A stretch of DNA of 64,000 bases from Campylobacterales bacterium (GTDB taxonomy: Bacteria > Campylobacterota > Campylobacteria > Campylobacterales > Sulfurovaceae), in assembly GCA_016937775.1 (NCBI GenBank), contig JAFGVX010000050.1, forward strand, positions 898 to 64,897. Direction: 5' to 3'. A program made the translations under genes and the position numbers. Shown piece by piece: positions 10,290 through 22,008 of the stretch (positions within the stretch are counted from its first letter, which is position 1; each line of letters starts with the position of its first letter). The notes under the pieces were generated by a model. It was not told the DNA's origin and made no database searches. It saw only the letters and a program-made list of their open reading frames with translations.

Positions 10290-12854
10290 ATGGCTTTAGT
10301 CGAAGATTATAAAAAACATACCGAACAAAGAGCGCAATTGGGTGTTCCGCCGTTACCGCTTAACGCATCTCAGACGGCTGAGCTTGTGGAACTATTAAAG
10401 CAAGAGAATATCGCTGAAGAAGATTATCTTTTGAGTCTTTTTGCAAATAGAGTGCCTGCGGGTGTGGATGATGCAGCATATGTAAAAGCCGCATTTTTAA
10501 ATGATATCGTTCAAGGTAAAACGAAGTGTAGTGCTATTACAAAATTAGATGCTGTAAAACTTTTGGGCAATATGCATGGCGGTTTCAATGTAACTCCGCT
10601 TGTGGAGGCGCTTAAGATTGATGCAGTTGCAAACGAGGCGGCTGAACAATTAAAAAATACACTTTTGGTATATAATTCATTTAACGATGTAAAAGCATTG
10701 ATGGATGCAGGAAATGCAAAAGCAAAAGAGGTTATTGAATCTTGGGCAAATGCTGAATGGTTTACAAATCGACCTGAACTTCCGCAAGAGATGACACTGA
10801 CAGTATATAAAATTCCGGGTGAAACAAATACGGATGATCTCTCCCCTGCGAGTGAGGCATTCACAAGAGCAGATATTCCATTGCACGCAAACTCTATGTT
10901 GGTTTCTAGAATGGAAAATCCATTGGAAACCATGGCATCATTGAAAGAAAAGGGCTACCCATTAGCGTATGTCGGTGATGTTGTAGGTACGGGAAGTTCA
11001 AGAAAATCGGGTATTAATTCCGTGCAATGGCATATGGGTGAAGATATTCCCGGTATTCCAAATAAAAGAACAGGTGGTGTTGTGATCGGCTCAATCATTG
11101 CTCCTATTTTCTTTAATACGGCAGAAGACTCAGGATGTTTACCGCTTGAAGCTAATGTTGATAATCTTGAAACAGGTGATGTCATTACTGTAAAACCTTA
11201 TGAAGGAGTTATTGAAAAAAATGCAGAAGTGGTATCAACATTTAAATTAAACCCAAATACAATCACAGATGAGATGCGAGCAGGAGGAAGGATTCCTCTT
11301 ATTATCGGAAAAGGATTGACAGCTAAAGCAAGAGAAGTTTTAGGTATGGATCCATCTGATATGTTCTTGACTCCCAATCAGCCTGAAGATGACGGATCGG
11401 GTTATACACTCGCGCAAAAAATGGTTGGTGAGGCATGTGGTGTGAAGGGGGTTAAACCGGGTGTTTACTGTGAGCCAATTGCAACAACTGTTGGAAGCCA
11501 AGATACAACGGGACCGATGACAAGAGATGAGATCAAAGAGCTTGCAGCCCTTTCGTTCGGTGCTGATTTTGTGCTTCAGTCATTTTGCCATACAGCAGCT
11601 TATCCAAAGCCTGCAGATATTGAACTACAACATACGCTTCCTGATTTTTGGACAAGCAGAAAAGGCTTTATATTAAGACCCGGTGATGGTGTAATTCACT
11701 CTTGGCTCAATAGAATGTGTCTGCCAGATACTGTAGGAACGGGCGGAGATAGCCATACGAGATTTCCTATAGGTATTTCTTTTCCTGCGGGAAGCGGACT
11801 TGTTGCTTTTGCCGCTGTTACGGGTATGATGCCACTTACTATGCCTGAGTCTGTATTGGTGAAATTTAAAGGAGAAATGCAGCCAGGTATTACGCTTAGA
11901 GACCTTGTTAATGCTATTCCGTATCAGGCTATCAAGGATGGTCTATTGACAGTTGAGAAAAAAGGTAAGAAAAATATTTTTGCGGGAAGAGTTTTAGAGA
12001 TTGAAGGACTCGAAGATCTTAAATGCGAGCAAGCGTTTGAACTTAGTGACGCTAGCGCAGAGAGAAGTGCAGCGGCTTGTACGGTAAAGTTAAACAAAGA
12101 GCCAATTATCGAATATCTCGAATCAAATATCGTTCTTATTGATGAGCTAATAGCTCAAGGGTATGAAGATAAGGCTACGCTTGCTAGAAGAAGAGATAAG
12201 ATGAAAGCTTGGCTTGCAAACCCTGAGTTGCTCGAAGCTGACGCTAATGCGCAGTATGCAGCAACTATCGAGATTGATTTAAATGAGATCAGAGAGCCGA
12301 TCTTGGCATGTCCTAATGATCCTGATGATGTGAAGACACTAAGTGAAATCCATGAAGCGGGACTCCAAACAAAAATCGATGAAGTATTTGTCGGTTCATG
12401 TATGACAAATATCGGACTCTTTAGAGCTTTAGGTGAGGTTTTGAGAGGTGAAGGTGCCGTTCCTACAAAATTGTGGGTTTGTCCTCCGACGAAAATGGAT
12501 GAAAAAACGCTTATTGAGGAAGGATATTATGCTGTGTTTGGAACAGCGGGGGCTAGAACAGAGATACCCGGATGCTCTTTATGTATGGGTAATCAGGCCT
12601 CGGTGGCACAAAATGCATATGTATTTAGTACATCTACGAGAAACTTTGACAATAGACTCGGAAAAGGCTCTCAGGTGTATCTCGGAAGTGCAGAGCTCGC
12701 AGCTGTGACAGCTCTTAAGGGTCGCATTCCGACAGCAGCAGAGTATATGGAGATAGTTCCAAATAAAATCAAGCCTGAGATGAGCGATAATGTTTATAGA
12801 TATTTAAATTTCAACAAAGTCTCAAAAGAGGCACTAGAGGCAATGGTGGGCTAA
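10290..12854 (+). CDS. acnB: Aconitate hydratase B (bifunctional aconitase 2 / 2-methylisocitrate dehydratase)
   Basis: 854 aa. AcnB-type N-terminal HEAT-like domain followed by the aconitase core with cluster cysteines. Confidence 0.9.
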   Translation: MALVEDYKKHTEQRAQLGVPPLPLNASQTAELVELLKQENIAEEDYLLSLFANRVPAGVDDAAYVKAAFLNDIVQGKTKCSAITKLDAVKLLGNMHGGFNVTPLVEALKIDAVANEAAEQLKNTLLVYNSFNDVKALMDAGNAKAKEVIESWANAEWFTNRPELPQEMTLTVYKIPGETNTDDLSPASEAFTRADIPLHANSMLVSRMENPLETMASLKEKGYPLAYVGDVVGTGSSRKSGINSVQWHMGEDIPGIPNKRTGGVVIGSIIAPIFFNTAEDSGCLPLEANVDNLETGDVITVKPYEGVIEKNAEVVSTFKLNPNTITDEMRAGGRIPLIIGKGLTAKAREVLGMDPSDMFLTPNQPEDDGSGYTLAQKMVGEACGVKGVKPGVYCEPIATTVGSQDTTGPMTRDEIKELAALSFGADFVLQSFCHTAAYPKPADIELQHTLPDFWTSRKGFILRPGDGVIHSWLNRMCLPDTVGTGGDSHTRFPIGISFPAGSGLVAFAAVTGMMPLTMPESVLVKFKGEMQPGITLRDLVNAIPYQAIKDGLLTVEKKGKKNIFAGRVLEIEGLEDLKCEQAFELSDASAERSAAACTVKLNKEPIIEYLESNIVLIDELIAQGYEDKATLARRRDKMKAWLANPELLEADANAQYAATIEIDLNEIREPILACPNDPDDVKTLSEIHEAGLQTKIDEVFVGSCMTNIGLFRALGEVLRGEGAVPTKLWVCPPTKMDEKTLIEEGYYAVFGTAGARTEIPGCSLCMGNQASVAQNAYVFSTSTRNFDNRLGKGSQVYLGSAELAAVTALKGRIPTAAEYMEIVPNKIKPEMSDNVYRYLNFNKVSKEALEAMVG

Positions 12855-12876
12855 AAGCAGACTTTTTGTCTGCTTT
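12854..12876. terminator. Bidirectional hairpin between convergent acnB and the hydrolase gene
   Basis: aaagcagac-ttttt-gtctgcttt, a 9-bp perfect stem whose A/T flanks overlap both stop codons. Confidence 0.6.
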
Positions 12877-13660
12877 AAAGCTCCTTTAAAAACTCTTCAA
12901 GTGTTTTGAGGAAATCCTTTGGATTTTCCAACATACTTACATGCCCGCTATTTTTTAATTCTACATATTTACTTTTTTTGATAACTTTTGCCATATTTTC
13001 CATGACTTTTGGAGCGATAATTGCATCATCTTTGGCGCTTATGAGTAGAGTTGGAATGTCGATGTTTTTAAGACTTTTGGTTGTGTCAGTTCTGCTTATC
13101 ATCGCAAGAAGCCCACCTTTGATGCCAATAGAGCTAAATCGCAATATCTTATTTTTCATATCTTCCATCTCTTTTGGATGCTGTGTTATATATTTTTTAC
13201 TAAATGCGACATTTAAAAATTGTTCTAAAAATGAATCGACACCTTCTATATCTATCTTTTTTATGGCAGCTGCTCTTTTGATTTTAGCTTCATCGCTATC
13301 GCTTGTAGTCATGGTGTTTGCTAAAATGAGGGCTTTAAAATTGCCTAGTCGTTCATTTGCTCGAAGTGTTATGTAGCCACCCATTGAAAAGCCACAGACG
13401 ATTACATCTTTGAGTTCAAATTTTGTAATGACAAGTTCGAGATCATCCACAAAGCTTTCCATAGTGTATTGACCGCTTCGATGCTCGGAATCGCCAAAAC
13501 CTCTAATGTCGTAAGAGATACAAAAATATCTGTTTTCCAAATTTGTGATAACATCATTCCAAATCGTATGATCAAAAGGAAATCCATGCACAAAAATAAT
13601 AGGCTGATTCTCTTTATTTCCTTCGATTAAGATATTGAGACCGTCGATAACTCTATTCAT
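12875..13660 (-). CDS. Alpha/beta-fold hydrolase
   Basis: 261 aa. HGFPFD oxyanion region and nucleophile elbow GFSMGG. Confidence 0.7.
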   Translation of the reverse strand: MNRVIDGLNILIEGNKENQPIIFVHGFPFDHTIWNDVITNLENRYFCISYDIRGFGDSEHRSGQYTMESFVDDLELVITKFELKDVIVCGFSMGGYITLRANERLGNFKALILANTMTTSDSDEAKIKRAAAIKKIDIEGVDSFLEQFLNVAFSKKYITQHPKEMEDMKNKILRFSSIGIKGGLLAMISRTDTTKSLKNIDIPTLLISAKDDAIIAPKVMENMAKVIKKSKYVELKNSGHVSMLENPKDFLKTLEEFLKEL

Positions 13661-13708
13661 CTATACTCCTTTATATATTTGTTTATTTTAGCATATTTAT
13701 ATAGATTG

Positions 13709-14080
13709 TTAAAATATTTTTGTCATTTTTTCTTTTGCTTTATCACTTATTTTTGCAGGCTTTCCCTTTTTGACATAAGCATATTTTCCCGTCATTGAAA
13801 AGAGGTGAGTATTATTTCTGAAGATATCTTGTTTAATTCTTAGTGAAGCACCTCCTATAGAGAGCACTTCACTTTTAACTTCAATGATATCCCCAAGGAT
13901 TGCAGAAGCTTTAAAATCAGCTTCTATATGGCGCACAACAAAGTGTCCGTCTTCAAATGCGGGCGAGAGTCCTTGAGAGAAGAAAAGTTCACTTCTTGCT
14001 CTTTCACAAAACTTGAGATAATTTGCATGATAGACTATCCCACCCATATCTGTATCTTCATAATAGATTCTGATTTGCAT
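13709..14080 (-). CDS. ybgC: YbgC/4HBT-family acyl-CoA thioesterase
   Basis: 123 aa. YYEDTDMGGIVYHANYLKF hot-dog fold signature. Confidence 0.75.
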   Translation of the reverse strand: MQIRIYYEDTDMGGIVYHANYLKFCERARSELFFSQGLSPAFEDGHFVVRHIEADFKASAILGDIIEVKSEVLSIGGASLRIKQDIFRNNTHLFSMTGKYAYVKKGKPAKISDKAKEKMTKIF

Positions 14081-14189
14081 ACAATTCCTTTTTTTATATT
14101 ATATTTATTTTTTTTAAATTGTACTTTTTGCAGGGTGCATAAATTTTGATATAATACACTGTTTTATTAATATATGCCTGGGAGTTGCC

Positions 14190-14789
14190 ATGAAAACTTT
14201 TTTAAACGGACTTGGGCTTATCATTCCAACAGCAATAATATTTTATCTGCTTATTTGGTTATTACAAAAAACAGAGGCTTTTTTTAAAAAATTTCTACTT
14301 TTTGTAATGCCTGATCAGTATTATATTACAGGTATGGGATTTATTGCCGGAGTTATTTTTGTCTATTTTATAGGAATTTTACTTAGGTTTTGGGTCGTGC
14401 AGCAATTTAGGGATTTTTTAGAAAAAATCATAAATAAAATGCCGATTATTAGCAGTGTATATGGCGGTATTAAAGATTTTATGAATTTCTTTTCCAATAT
14501 GAAAAACAGAGGAGATAAAATTACCGTATTGGCGGATATTCCTGCAATGGATGCGAAGTTGATAGGTTTTATAATGCTAGAAGATTTTAGAAATTTTAAA
14601 GATTTAGATATGGAGGATCCTGTTGTAGTCTATTTTCAAATGAGTTATCAAATAGGCGGGTATAGTCTTTTTATTCCGAAAAAAAATTTAACATTCGTTG
14701 ATATGAGTATAGAAGAGTCGCTTCGATTTGTAATGACGGCAGGAATTTCTAATGTGAAGGGAAGAGTGCGCGATGAGCAAAGAAGTTAA
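14190..14789 (+). CDS. DUF502-family membrane protein
   Basis: 199 aa. Two N-terminal TM helices then the conserved PIISSVYGGIKD stretch. Confidence 0.6.
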   Translation: MKTFLNGLGLIIPTAIIFYLLIWLLQKTEAFFKKFLLFVMPDQYYITGMGFIAGVIFVYFIGILLRFWVVQQFRDFLEKIINKMPIISSVYGGIKDFMNFFSNMKNRGDKITVLADIPAMDAKLIGFIMLEDFRNFKDLDMEDPVVVYFQMSYQIGGYSLFIPKKNLTFVDMSIEESLRFVMTAGISNVKGRVRDEQRS

Positions 14790-15570
14790 TGATGGGTATG
14801 GATTGGCTTTAAGCGGTGGAGCGGTTTTGGGCGCTGCTCATATCGGTGTTTTAAAAGCGATTGAAGAGAACAATATAAAGATAAGCTCTATTGCCGGCAC
14901 AAGTATAGGCGCCATCGTCGCAGCACTTTTTGCATTTGGAAAAAATGCACAAGAGATAGAAGAGATAGCCGGCGCTATCAATTTTAAAAGTTTTTTTAGC
15001 ATATCGCCTACAAAATTAGGACTTTTTTCAAATATAAAGATCAGTAAATTTATCCATGAGCATTTAGGTGAAGTAAAAATTGAAGATGCTTTAATCCCCC
15101 TTAGTATCGTTGCTACAGATATAGAGAATCTTCAAAAAGTAGTTCTTACTAAAGGAGATATTGCGTCTGCACTTATGGCAAGTTGTGCAATTCCGGGGAT
15201 ATTTTCTCCGGTTGAGATAGAATCAGAGCTACTTGTTGATGGGGGACTTGTGGAAAATGCTCCGTTAATGACACTTAAGGAACAAGGTGTAGAAAAAACG
15301 ATTACGGTATGTCTTGCATCGAAACATACACACAAAAGACCAAAAAATCTTATAGAGGTGATACTCAATAGCCATAGTTGTATGCTACAGATGCTTCATA
15401 AGGAGTTTTGCGATACGACAGACTATATTATAGAGCCTGACCTTAAAGAATTTAATGTTTTGAAAACAACAGAGATCCAAGCTATCATGGATGTAGGGCA
15501 CAAAGAGGCAAAAAAAGTTTTAGCTAATTTAGAAGAAAAAAATCCTTTTGATTATAATGGAGTTTGTTAA
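14773..15570 (+). CDS. Patatin-like phospholipase
   Basis: 265 aa. Oxyanion GGAVLGAAHIG, nucleophile GTSIG, catalytic DGG (LVDGGLVENAP). 17-nt overlap with the upstream gene. Confidence 0.8.
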   Translation: MSKEVNDGYGLALSGGAVLGAAHIGVLKAIEENNIKISSIAGTSIGAIVAALFAFGKNAQEIEEIAGAINFKSFFSISPTKLGLFSNIKISKFIHEHLGEVKIEDALIPLSIVATDIENLQKVVLTKGDIASALMASCAIPGIFSPVEIESELLVDGGLVENAPLMTLKEQGVEKTITVCLASKHTHKRPKNLIEVILNSHSCMLQMLHKEFCDTTDYIIEPDLKEFNVLKTTEIQAIMDVGHKEAKKVLANLEEKNPFDYNGVC

Positions 15571-15636
15571 TAATAATTTTCCCTTAAGTAGGATTGATAT
15601 ACACTAATTTATACCCCAAACATAAAGGAGACAATT

Positions 15637-16152
15637 ATGGCACGAGTTGGAAATTCGATTATCAAAGGTATTGAGATTCAAGAGCTTATTGATACTCTCA
15701 ATAGAGCATACGCAGATGAGTGGTTGGCATATTATCAATATTTTATAGAGAGTAAGGTTGTAAAAGGCTTAATGAAGGATGCCGCCATCGTTGAGCTTAC
15801 TCAACACGCAGCAGATGAGCTTAATCATGCTACTTTGGTTGCAGATAGGATATTGCAGCTCGGTGGTACACCATTGTTGCATCCAAATGATTGGTTTAAT
15901 CACACTCATTGTGGCTATGAAGCTCCTAATGATTTTGATGTCGTTTCAATATTAAATGATGCCATCAAAGGTGAGCAGTGTGCGATTGAAACTTATAGTA
16001 AAATCGTCGAGCTTACAAGAGATAAAGATATTGTTACTTATGATATCGTGAGTCAAATATTAGCTGATGAAGTTGAACACGAAGAGGATCTTCAAGCACT
16101 TCATGATGATATCACAGAGTTTGTTGAGGATATCAAAAAAAATCTTCGTTAA
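15637..16152 (+). CDS. Ferritin-like / Dps-like (DpsL-type) protein
   Basis: 171 aa. YADEWLAYYQY, ELNHA and EVEHEED di-iron type motifs. Strong SD aaggag. Confidence 0.7.
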   Translation: MARVGNSIIKGIEIQELIDTLNRAYADEWLAYYQYFIESKVVKGLMKDAAIVELTQHAADELNHATLVADRILQLGGTPLLHPNDWFNHTHCGYEAPNDFDVVSILNDAIKGEQCAIETYSKIVELTRDKDIVTYDIVSQILADEVEHEEDLQALHDDITEFVEDIKKNLR

Positions 16153-16153
16153 T

Positions 16154-16525
16154 CTATGATTTTGAAGTTAAATTTTGTAAAAGAGATTTTTTAAAATCTT
16201 CAAAAAGAGGAAGGCAAAGTTTGCTTTCTCTTTGTTTTTGACCCCACATCGGCTCAGGGAAATAGCTATCTTCTTCAAATCGTGCCATGATGTGCCAATG
16301 CAGATGCGGTAGATAGTTCCCAAAAGAGGCGATATTTATCTTGGCGGGTTTATAAAATGTGAGCATCTCTTTTTCTATGGTATTGAGCAGTTTTAATATC
16401 TGCATTTGAAGCTCCCAAGGCACTTCGCTCATCTCTTTATAAGGGTGTTGTGTAAATATTTTAAGCCATGGAATCTCACTCTCATGCGCTTCAATTCTAA
16501 TCTCATTTTCTTCGTAGAGTATCAT
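16154..16525 (-). CDS. HIT-family hydrolase
   Basis: 123 aa. Histidine triad HLHWHIM. Confidence 0.75.
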   Translation of the reverse strand: MILYEENEIRIEAHESEIPWLKIFTQHPYKEMSEVPWELQMQILKLLNTIEKEMLTFYKPAKINIASFGNYLPHLHWHIMARFEEDSYFPEPMWGQKQRESKLCLPLFEDFKKSLLQNLTSKS

Positions 16526-16956
16526 TATCGTATCTTTTTTATATTTTTGTTACTCAGTTTATATATCTTTGAGCTGCCTTGACCTTCAATAAGAGGATAG
16601 ATGATGATATCAGCATTTTCTTTTGCAAAATTTTCATTATATCCCGCTCCACTTAAATTAGCCGAAGTTGTATAAGCCCATTTGAGCCTTCTAAGAAGCT
16701 GGAGGTGTCGGCTATCGTCTATTATTCTATAGGATTCATCTTTTATAATAAATGTTGTTTTTTTTGCGCGTCGCACTCTTTTTTTATGTATATTGGGGGC
16801 TCTTGTAAAATTTTTGAATGTATCGAGCGAGTCAAGCGCTTTGATAAACTTTTTATCTTCTAATCGCTGTTTTATCTTGTTTAGTCTATTGCTATCTTGC
16901 GAGATAAAACCTATAGTCGTATCAGTAGAGGTAAGAAAAACTTTGTTTTTGAGCAC
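16525..16956 (-). CDS. Short Sua5/YciO/YrdC-domain protein (TsaC-like)
   Basis: 143 aa. TDTTIGF N-terminal motif and TSANLSG motif. Confidence 0.6.
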   Translation of the reverse strand: MLKNKVFLTSTDTTIGFISQDSNRLNKIKQRLEDKKFIKALDSLDTFKNFTRAPNIHKKRVRRAKKTTFIIKDESYRIIDDSRHLQLLRRLKWAYTTSANLSGAGYNENFAKENADIIIYPLIEGQGSSKIYKLSNKNIKKIR

Positions 16957-17012
16957 GACTTGACCTGTGTTGATTTTGTAAAATTATAGCGTAAAAAAAG
17001 TTTCGTATCTGT

Positions 17013-17789
17013 TTAATGGTTGATAAAGTTATCGAGTGTCTCATAGTATTCATAATAATTTGAGATAGTATTATGACCTGCTTGGTTTATAATTTTATAT
17101 ATGAGTTGTGAACTTGGAAATGCATCCACGAGTGCTTTAGTTCGCTCGGATTGAATCATCTGATCTTTTTGTGCGGCGATAATGAGTGTTTTTGAGTGTA
17201 TCTCTTTAACTCTCCCAACGGAATCGTATTTATCTTTGAGTATGATCGACATAGGATAAAGAGAAAATAGATCTTGTGTTACATTTTGCACACTATCAAA
17301 TGGAGTAATGAGCACAAGTTTATCTATCTCTCTTTGACTAGCCAAAAAAGTTGCGACACCGCTTCCTAAACTCCTTCCTACTATAGTCATTTTTTTATAT
17401 CGTGGTTTTATCTTATCATAAATATAGAGTGCGTCCGAATATAGGTTTTCCTCTGTAGCATCACCTTCACTCCCGCTATAGCCACGATATTTGATAAGAT
17501 ATACAGAATGATTTGGAAACTTTTCTGTAAATATTTCACTATTATAATCAACTGTTTTTGCGTTCCCTCCAAAGTAGATAATCGCATCTTCTTTGCCTTC
17601 GTTAAGTACGGTAGATTTGATTTTTATTCCATTGTTGATAAAAGTTTCTTCTTGAAATTGCTGAACGATTAAGGGGGTATTATAGTAGATAAAATCTCTT
17701 TGTTTTATAAAGAGATAGATTCCAAAAAAAAGATATATTAAAGCAACAGAGGTTAGTAGAGATTTAATAATTTTTTTCAATAGTCTCAC
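17013..17789 (-). CDS. Membrane-anchored alpha/beta hydrolase
   Basis: 258 aa. N-terminal TM helix, nucleophile elbow GRSLGSG, C-terminal GHN. Confidence 0.65.
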   Translation of the reverse strand: MRLLKKIIKSLLTSVALIYLFFGIYLFIKQRDFIYYNTPLIVQQFQEETFINNGIKIKSTVLNEGKEDAIIYFGGNAKTVDYNSEIFTEKFPNHSVYLIKYRGYSGSEGDATEENLYSDALYIYDKIKPRYKKMTIVGRSLGSGVATFLASQREIDKLVLITPFDSVQNVTQDLFSLYPMSIILKDKYDSVGRVKEIHSKTLIIAAQKDQMIQSERTKALVDAFPSSQLIYKIINQAGHNTISNYYEYYETLDNFINH

Positions 17790-18268
17790 AGCTCTTTATA
17801 CATGATGTAGCAATCCACATAACCGAAATTTTTATGTAAAAATGCATTTGGAAGTCTCTCTATGATCTCAAAGCCTAACTTTTTCCACAGATAGACCGCT
17901 ACGACATTTGTAGATATGACAGCATTGAATTGCATAGCTTTAAAACCAAGTTCTCTCGCTACATTTTGCGAATGGTTGCAAAGCATAGTTGCAATGCCTT
18001 GATTTCTAAAATTGGGAGCGACCATATAACCGCAATTACAGACATTTTTTCCAAGGCTTTGGGTATTATTCTTAATATAGTATGAACCGCAAATCTTTCC
18101 ATCTTTTTCATAGATGAAAGTGCGCATGGGTTTTTTACACCAAATCTCATAGGCTTCTTCAAAATCAATATCAGGGCTATACGTATAACTCTCTTGTTCT
18201 TTTACGATTTGTAAAAATGTCGACCAAAAGGATTCAAAATCAGCCTTTGTCATGGCTCTTATGCTCAT
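17786..18268 (-). CDS. GNAT-family N-acetyltransferase
   Basis: 160 aa. Acetyl-CoA motif RNQGIATML. 4-nt overlap with the downstream hydrolase. Confidence 0.75.
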   Translation of the reverse strand: MSIRAMTKADFESFWSTFLQIVKEQESYTYSPDIDFEEAYEIWCKKPMRTFIYEKDGKICGSYYIKNNTQSLGKNVCNCGYMVAPNFRNQGIATMLCNHSQNVARELGFKAMQFNAVISTNVVAVYLWKKLGFEIIERLPNAFLHKNFGYVDCYIMYKEL

Positions 18269-18544
18269 AATTCTACTTTTTGTCTCTCTGCACTAGAAGA
18301 GCACGTATAAAAATTTAATAATTTTATCACAATATAAAATATTTTCAGTTCAATAAAACTATACAACATAATACAATAAAAAAAATTAAATATATAAGTA
18401 AAATCATATAAATTCACTATCCGCTAGAAGTTAAAGCATCAAGCAAGCCATGAGTATAAGAAAATATATCATCGAGAGATATTTTGCAAATGAGGACATT
18501 TTTATATCACGGAAAAATAAAAATACAATTACAATAAATCGATA

Positions 18545-18580
18545 ACATCCAAAACTTTACTTTGGATGTTTTTTGTTTTA
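18545..18580 (+). terminator. Intrinsic-terminator-like hairpin plus T-run (canonical on the plus strand, may also serve carB on the minus strand)
   Basis: acatccaaa-actttac-tttggatgt followed by tttttgtttt. Confidence 0.5.
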
Positions 18581-18676
18581 ATTGAGGAGGTGGAAAATAT
18601 ACCTACGGTCGAATACGTAATTATGCTTGGCAATGTATTTCTTTTATAATAGAGATTTTAGATCTTCACCTCTAGG

Positions 18677-21600
18677 CTATGATAGATAATCTTGTAACGC
18701 TTTTGGTTCTAATCTATTACCTGTCGCTCTTAACTCTTTAATCGCTTCAGCTGCCGCTTTAGCCGCCGCTATTGTCGTAAAATAGGCAACATTACCCGTA
18801 AGAACCGATTGACGGATGATCTTTGCATCGCTTTTGCTAGATTTATTATCACTGGTATTGATAGCAAGTGCTATTTCTCCATTTTTGATATTGTCATCAA
18901 TATTAGGTCGTCCCTCACTTATCTTGAGCACTTTAGTAGAGAGAACGCCGGCTTCTTTGAGGGCGTTGTGCGTACCTTCTGTAGCAATGATTTCGAAACC
19001 GAGTTCGCTAAAGAGTCTGCCTATTTCACCCGCGAAACATTTATCACTTGATGTAAGTGACAAGAAGAGTTTTCCGCTTAGAGGTATATTATTTTTACTT
19101 GCAAATTGGCTTTTTGCAAAACTCATACCGAAATTATCGCTAATGCCCATCACTTCGCCTGTTGATTTCATCTCAGGACCTAGTATCAAGTCGGAACCTG
19201 GAAGCTTATTGAAGGGGAATACCGCCTCTTTGATCGCAATATGGTTTTTTAACCTTGGTTCGAGTATCTCTTTTGAATAATCAACAACTTTAAATGTATC
19301 ATAATAGTTCAAAGCTTCTCTAAGGTCTTTTTGAAGCATAACCCGTGTTGCAACTTTTGCAAGCGGTACACCTGTGGCTTTACTCACAAAAGGAACGGTT
19401 CTTGAAGCTCTTGGATTGACCTCGATAAGATAAATATCACCTTTATGGATAGCATATTGGATATTAAGAAGTCCGATAACTCCAAGGCCCAAAGCGATAT
19501 CTTTTGTCTGCACTTTGATATCTTGGAGTGTTTTCTCATCGATTGATACAGGTGGAAGAGAGCATGCACTATCACCGGAGTGGATACCTGCCTCTTCGAT
19601 ATGCTGCATAATCGAGCCTATATAAACCTCATTACCGTCACTGATTGCATCTACATCAAGTTCTATGGCATTATCGAGAAACTTATCGATGAGTACTGGA
19701 GCATCATTGGATATACGGACAGCTTCTTGTGTATATTCTTTGAGCTCATCATCATTATAAACAGTACGCATACCTCTACCGCCAAGTACGAAGCTAGGGC
19801 GAACGAGTACAGGATAACCGATTCTATTTGCTATGGCGAGCAATTCATTCTCCGTAAATGCAGTTCCGTTATCCGGTTGCTTGAGACCAAGCTCCTTGAT
19901 AAAAGTTGAGAATTGTTCTCTATCTTCGGCAAGATCAATCACTTTTGCACTTGTTCCTGCAATATTTGCACCGATTGCCGTGAGTTTTTTCGCCAATTTA
20001 AGGGGTGTTTGTCCGCCGAAATGAACGATGATGCCATCAGGCTTTTCTCTGTCTATCACATTGCGCACATGTTCAAAATCTATAGGTTCAAAATAGAGAA
20101 TATCAGAAGTATCATAGTCGGTTGATACAGTTTCAGGATTGCAATTATACATGATAGAGGTTATCCCCATATCTGCAAGTGCAAAGGAAGCATGTACGCA
20201 ACAGTAATCAAATTCTATCCCTTGCCCGATTCTATTTGGTCCACCACCAATGACAAGCACTCTTTTTTCTTTTTTACTCTCTTTTTCTTTTTCGAATGGT
20301 AATTTGGTGATGTTGGTTGTTGAATAGAGGTAAGGAGTGAGTGCTTTAAATTCGGCAGCACAAGTGTCTACTTCGTTATATTCAAGCTGAACATCTAGCC
20401 TTTCTCTGCTTGCGTAGATATCATCTTCGTTAAGTGTAAGTCCCTCTTTTTCATTGATAATTTGCGCGATCATCATATCACTAAAGCCTTCGCTTTTAAT
20501 CTCTCTCATTTTTTGGGCATCATTTAAAAGAGCAGAGTCGATATTTCTTTCTGAAACAACGATTTCTTCGATTTGGTACAAAAACCATCTGTCTATGTTA
20601 GAGAGTTCATAAATCTTTTCTACCTCCAAACCTCTTCTAAAAGCTTCGGCGACATAAAGAATTCTCTTCTCATTTGCTCTTCGTATTTCTCTTGTGAGCA
20701 TCTCTTCATCACAATTAATTTGCTCAAATCCACAAAGACCTGTTTCGAGTGAACATAAAGCTTTCTGAAAAGACTCTTTAAATGTTCTACCTATGCTCAT
20801 AACTTCCCCGACACTTTTCATGGCGGTTGTAAGAGTGGAGTTTGCCTGTGGAAATTTTTCAAACGTAAATCTTGGTATTTTTGTGACAATATAATCGATG
20901 ACGGGCTCAAAACTTGCAGGCGTTCCCGTGATATCATTTGTAATCTCATCGAGTGTATAGCCTACAGCGAGCAGTGTTGCTACTTTTGCAATGGGATATC
21001 CAGTCGCCTTTGAAGCAAGAGCGGAAGAGCGTGAAACTCTTGGATTCATCTCGATAACAATCATTCTTCCTGTTGTTGGGTGAATGGCAAATTGAACATT
21101 CGAGCCACCCGTATCGACGCCAATCTCGCGCAATATCTTAAAGCTTGCATTCCTCATATGCTGATACTCTTTATCTGTAAGTGTAAGTGCCGGAGCAATC
21201 GTGATGCTATCGCCCGTATGCACACCCATTGGATCAAGATTTTCTATGGAGCAGACGATAATGCAGTTGTCATCTTTGTCTCGAATAACCTCCATTTCGT
21301 ACTCTTTCCATCCTAGAAGTGACTCTTCAATGAGGATTTCATTGATGGGGCTCAATTCAAGCCCGCCTTTGGCTATCTCTTTAAACTCATCCATATTATA
21401 AGCAACACCGCTTCCGCCACCTGCAAGTGTGTAGGACGCCCGTATGATCATAGGAAAGCCTATCTCTTTTGCAGCATTGAGCGCTTCTTCAATGTTATAA
21501 GCGTATCTTGAAATCGGAATATCCATACCGATTTTAATCATAGCTTTTTTAAACTCTTGTCTGTCCTCACCCTTTTTGATAGCTTCAGGATTTGCACCTA

Positions 21601-21940
21601 AAAAGACAACATCACCCAACATATTTTTATCGTGCATTTTCATTGCCACATTCAAAGCTGTCTGCCCACCCATGGTGGGGAGTATTGCATCGATATTCTC
21701 TTTTTTGATGATATCAGCTATAACATCTTCGGTAATCGGTTCTATATATGTTCTGTCGGCAAATTCCGGATCGGTCATAATGGTTGCAGGATTTGAGTTA
21801 ATTAGAACGACTTTGTATCCAAGCTCTTTGAGTGTTTTTGCTGCTTGTGTTCCTGAGTAATCAAATTCGCAAGCTTGACCTATAACAATCGGTCCTGAAC
21901 CTATAAGAAGTATATTTTTGATATCGTCGCGTTTTGGCAT
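18677..21940 (-). CDS. carB: Carbamoyl-phosphate synthase large subunit
   Basis: 1087 aa. Duplicated ATP-grasp halves plus an MGS-like C-terminal domain. Confidence 0.95.
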   Translation of the reverse strand: MPKRDDIKNILLIGSGPIVIGQACEFDYSGTQAAKTLKELGYKVVLINSNPATIMTDPEFADRTYIEPITEDVIADIIKKENIDAILPTMGGQTALNVAMKMHDKNMLGDVVFLGANPEAIKKGEDRQEFKKAMIKIGMDIPISRYAYNIEEALNAAKEIGFPMIIRASYTLAGGGSGVAYNMDEFKEIAKGGLELSPINEILIEESLLGWKEYEMEVIRDKDDNCIIVCSIENLDPMGVHTGDSITIAPALTLTDKEYQHMRNASFKILREIGVDTGGSNVQFAIHPTTGRMIVIEMNPRVSRSSALASKATGYPIAKVATLLAVGYTLDEITNDITGTPASFEPVIDYIVTKIPRFTFEKFPQANSTLTTAMKSVGEVMSIGRTFKESFQKALCSLETGLCGFEQINCDEEMLTREIRRANEKRILYVAEAFRRGLEVEKIYELSNIDRWFLYQIEEIVVSERNIDSALLNDAQKMREIKSEGFSDMMIAQIINEKEGLTLNEDDIYASRERLDVQLEYNEVDTCAAEFKALTPYLYSTTNITKLPFEKEKESKKEKRVLVIGGGPNRIGQGIEFDYCCVHASFALADMGITSIMYNCNPETVSTDYDTSDILYFEPIDFEHVRNVIDREKPDGIIVHFGGQTPLKLAKKLTAIGANIAGTSAKVIDLAEDREQFSTFIKELGLKQPDNGTAFTENELLAIANRIGYPVLVRPSFVLGGRGMRTVYNDDELKEYTQEAVRISNDAPVLIDKFLDNAIELDVDAISDGNEVYIGSIMQHIEEAGIHSGDSACSLPPVSIDEKTLQDIKVQTKDIALGLGVIGLLNIQYAIHKGDIYLIEVNPRASRTVPFVSKATGVPLAKVATRVMLQKDLREALNYYDTFKVVDYSKEILEPRLKNHIAIKEAVFPFNKLPGSDLILGPEMKSTGEVMGISDNFGMSFAKSQFASKNNIPLSGKLFLSLTSSDKCFAGEIGRLFSELGFEIIATEGTHNALKEAGVLSTKVLKISEGRPNIDDNIKNGEIALAINTSDNKSSKSDAKIIRQSVLTGNVAYFTTIAAAKAAAEAIKELRATGNRLEPKALQDYLS

Positions 21941-22008
21941 GGAGAGTAACCCTTAGTTTTAAAAAATATTATACTTAAAATAAGCCAAAAAGGCTCTTAA
22001 AAAAGTGC

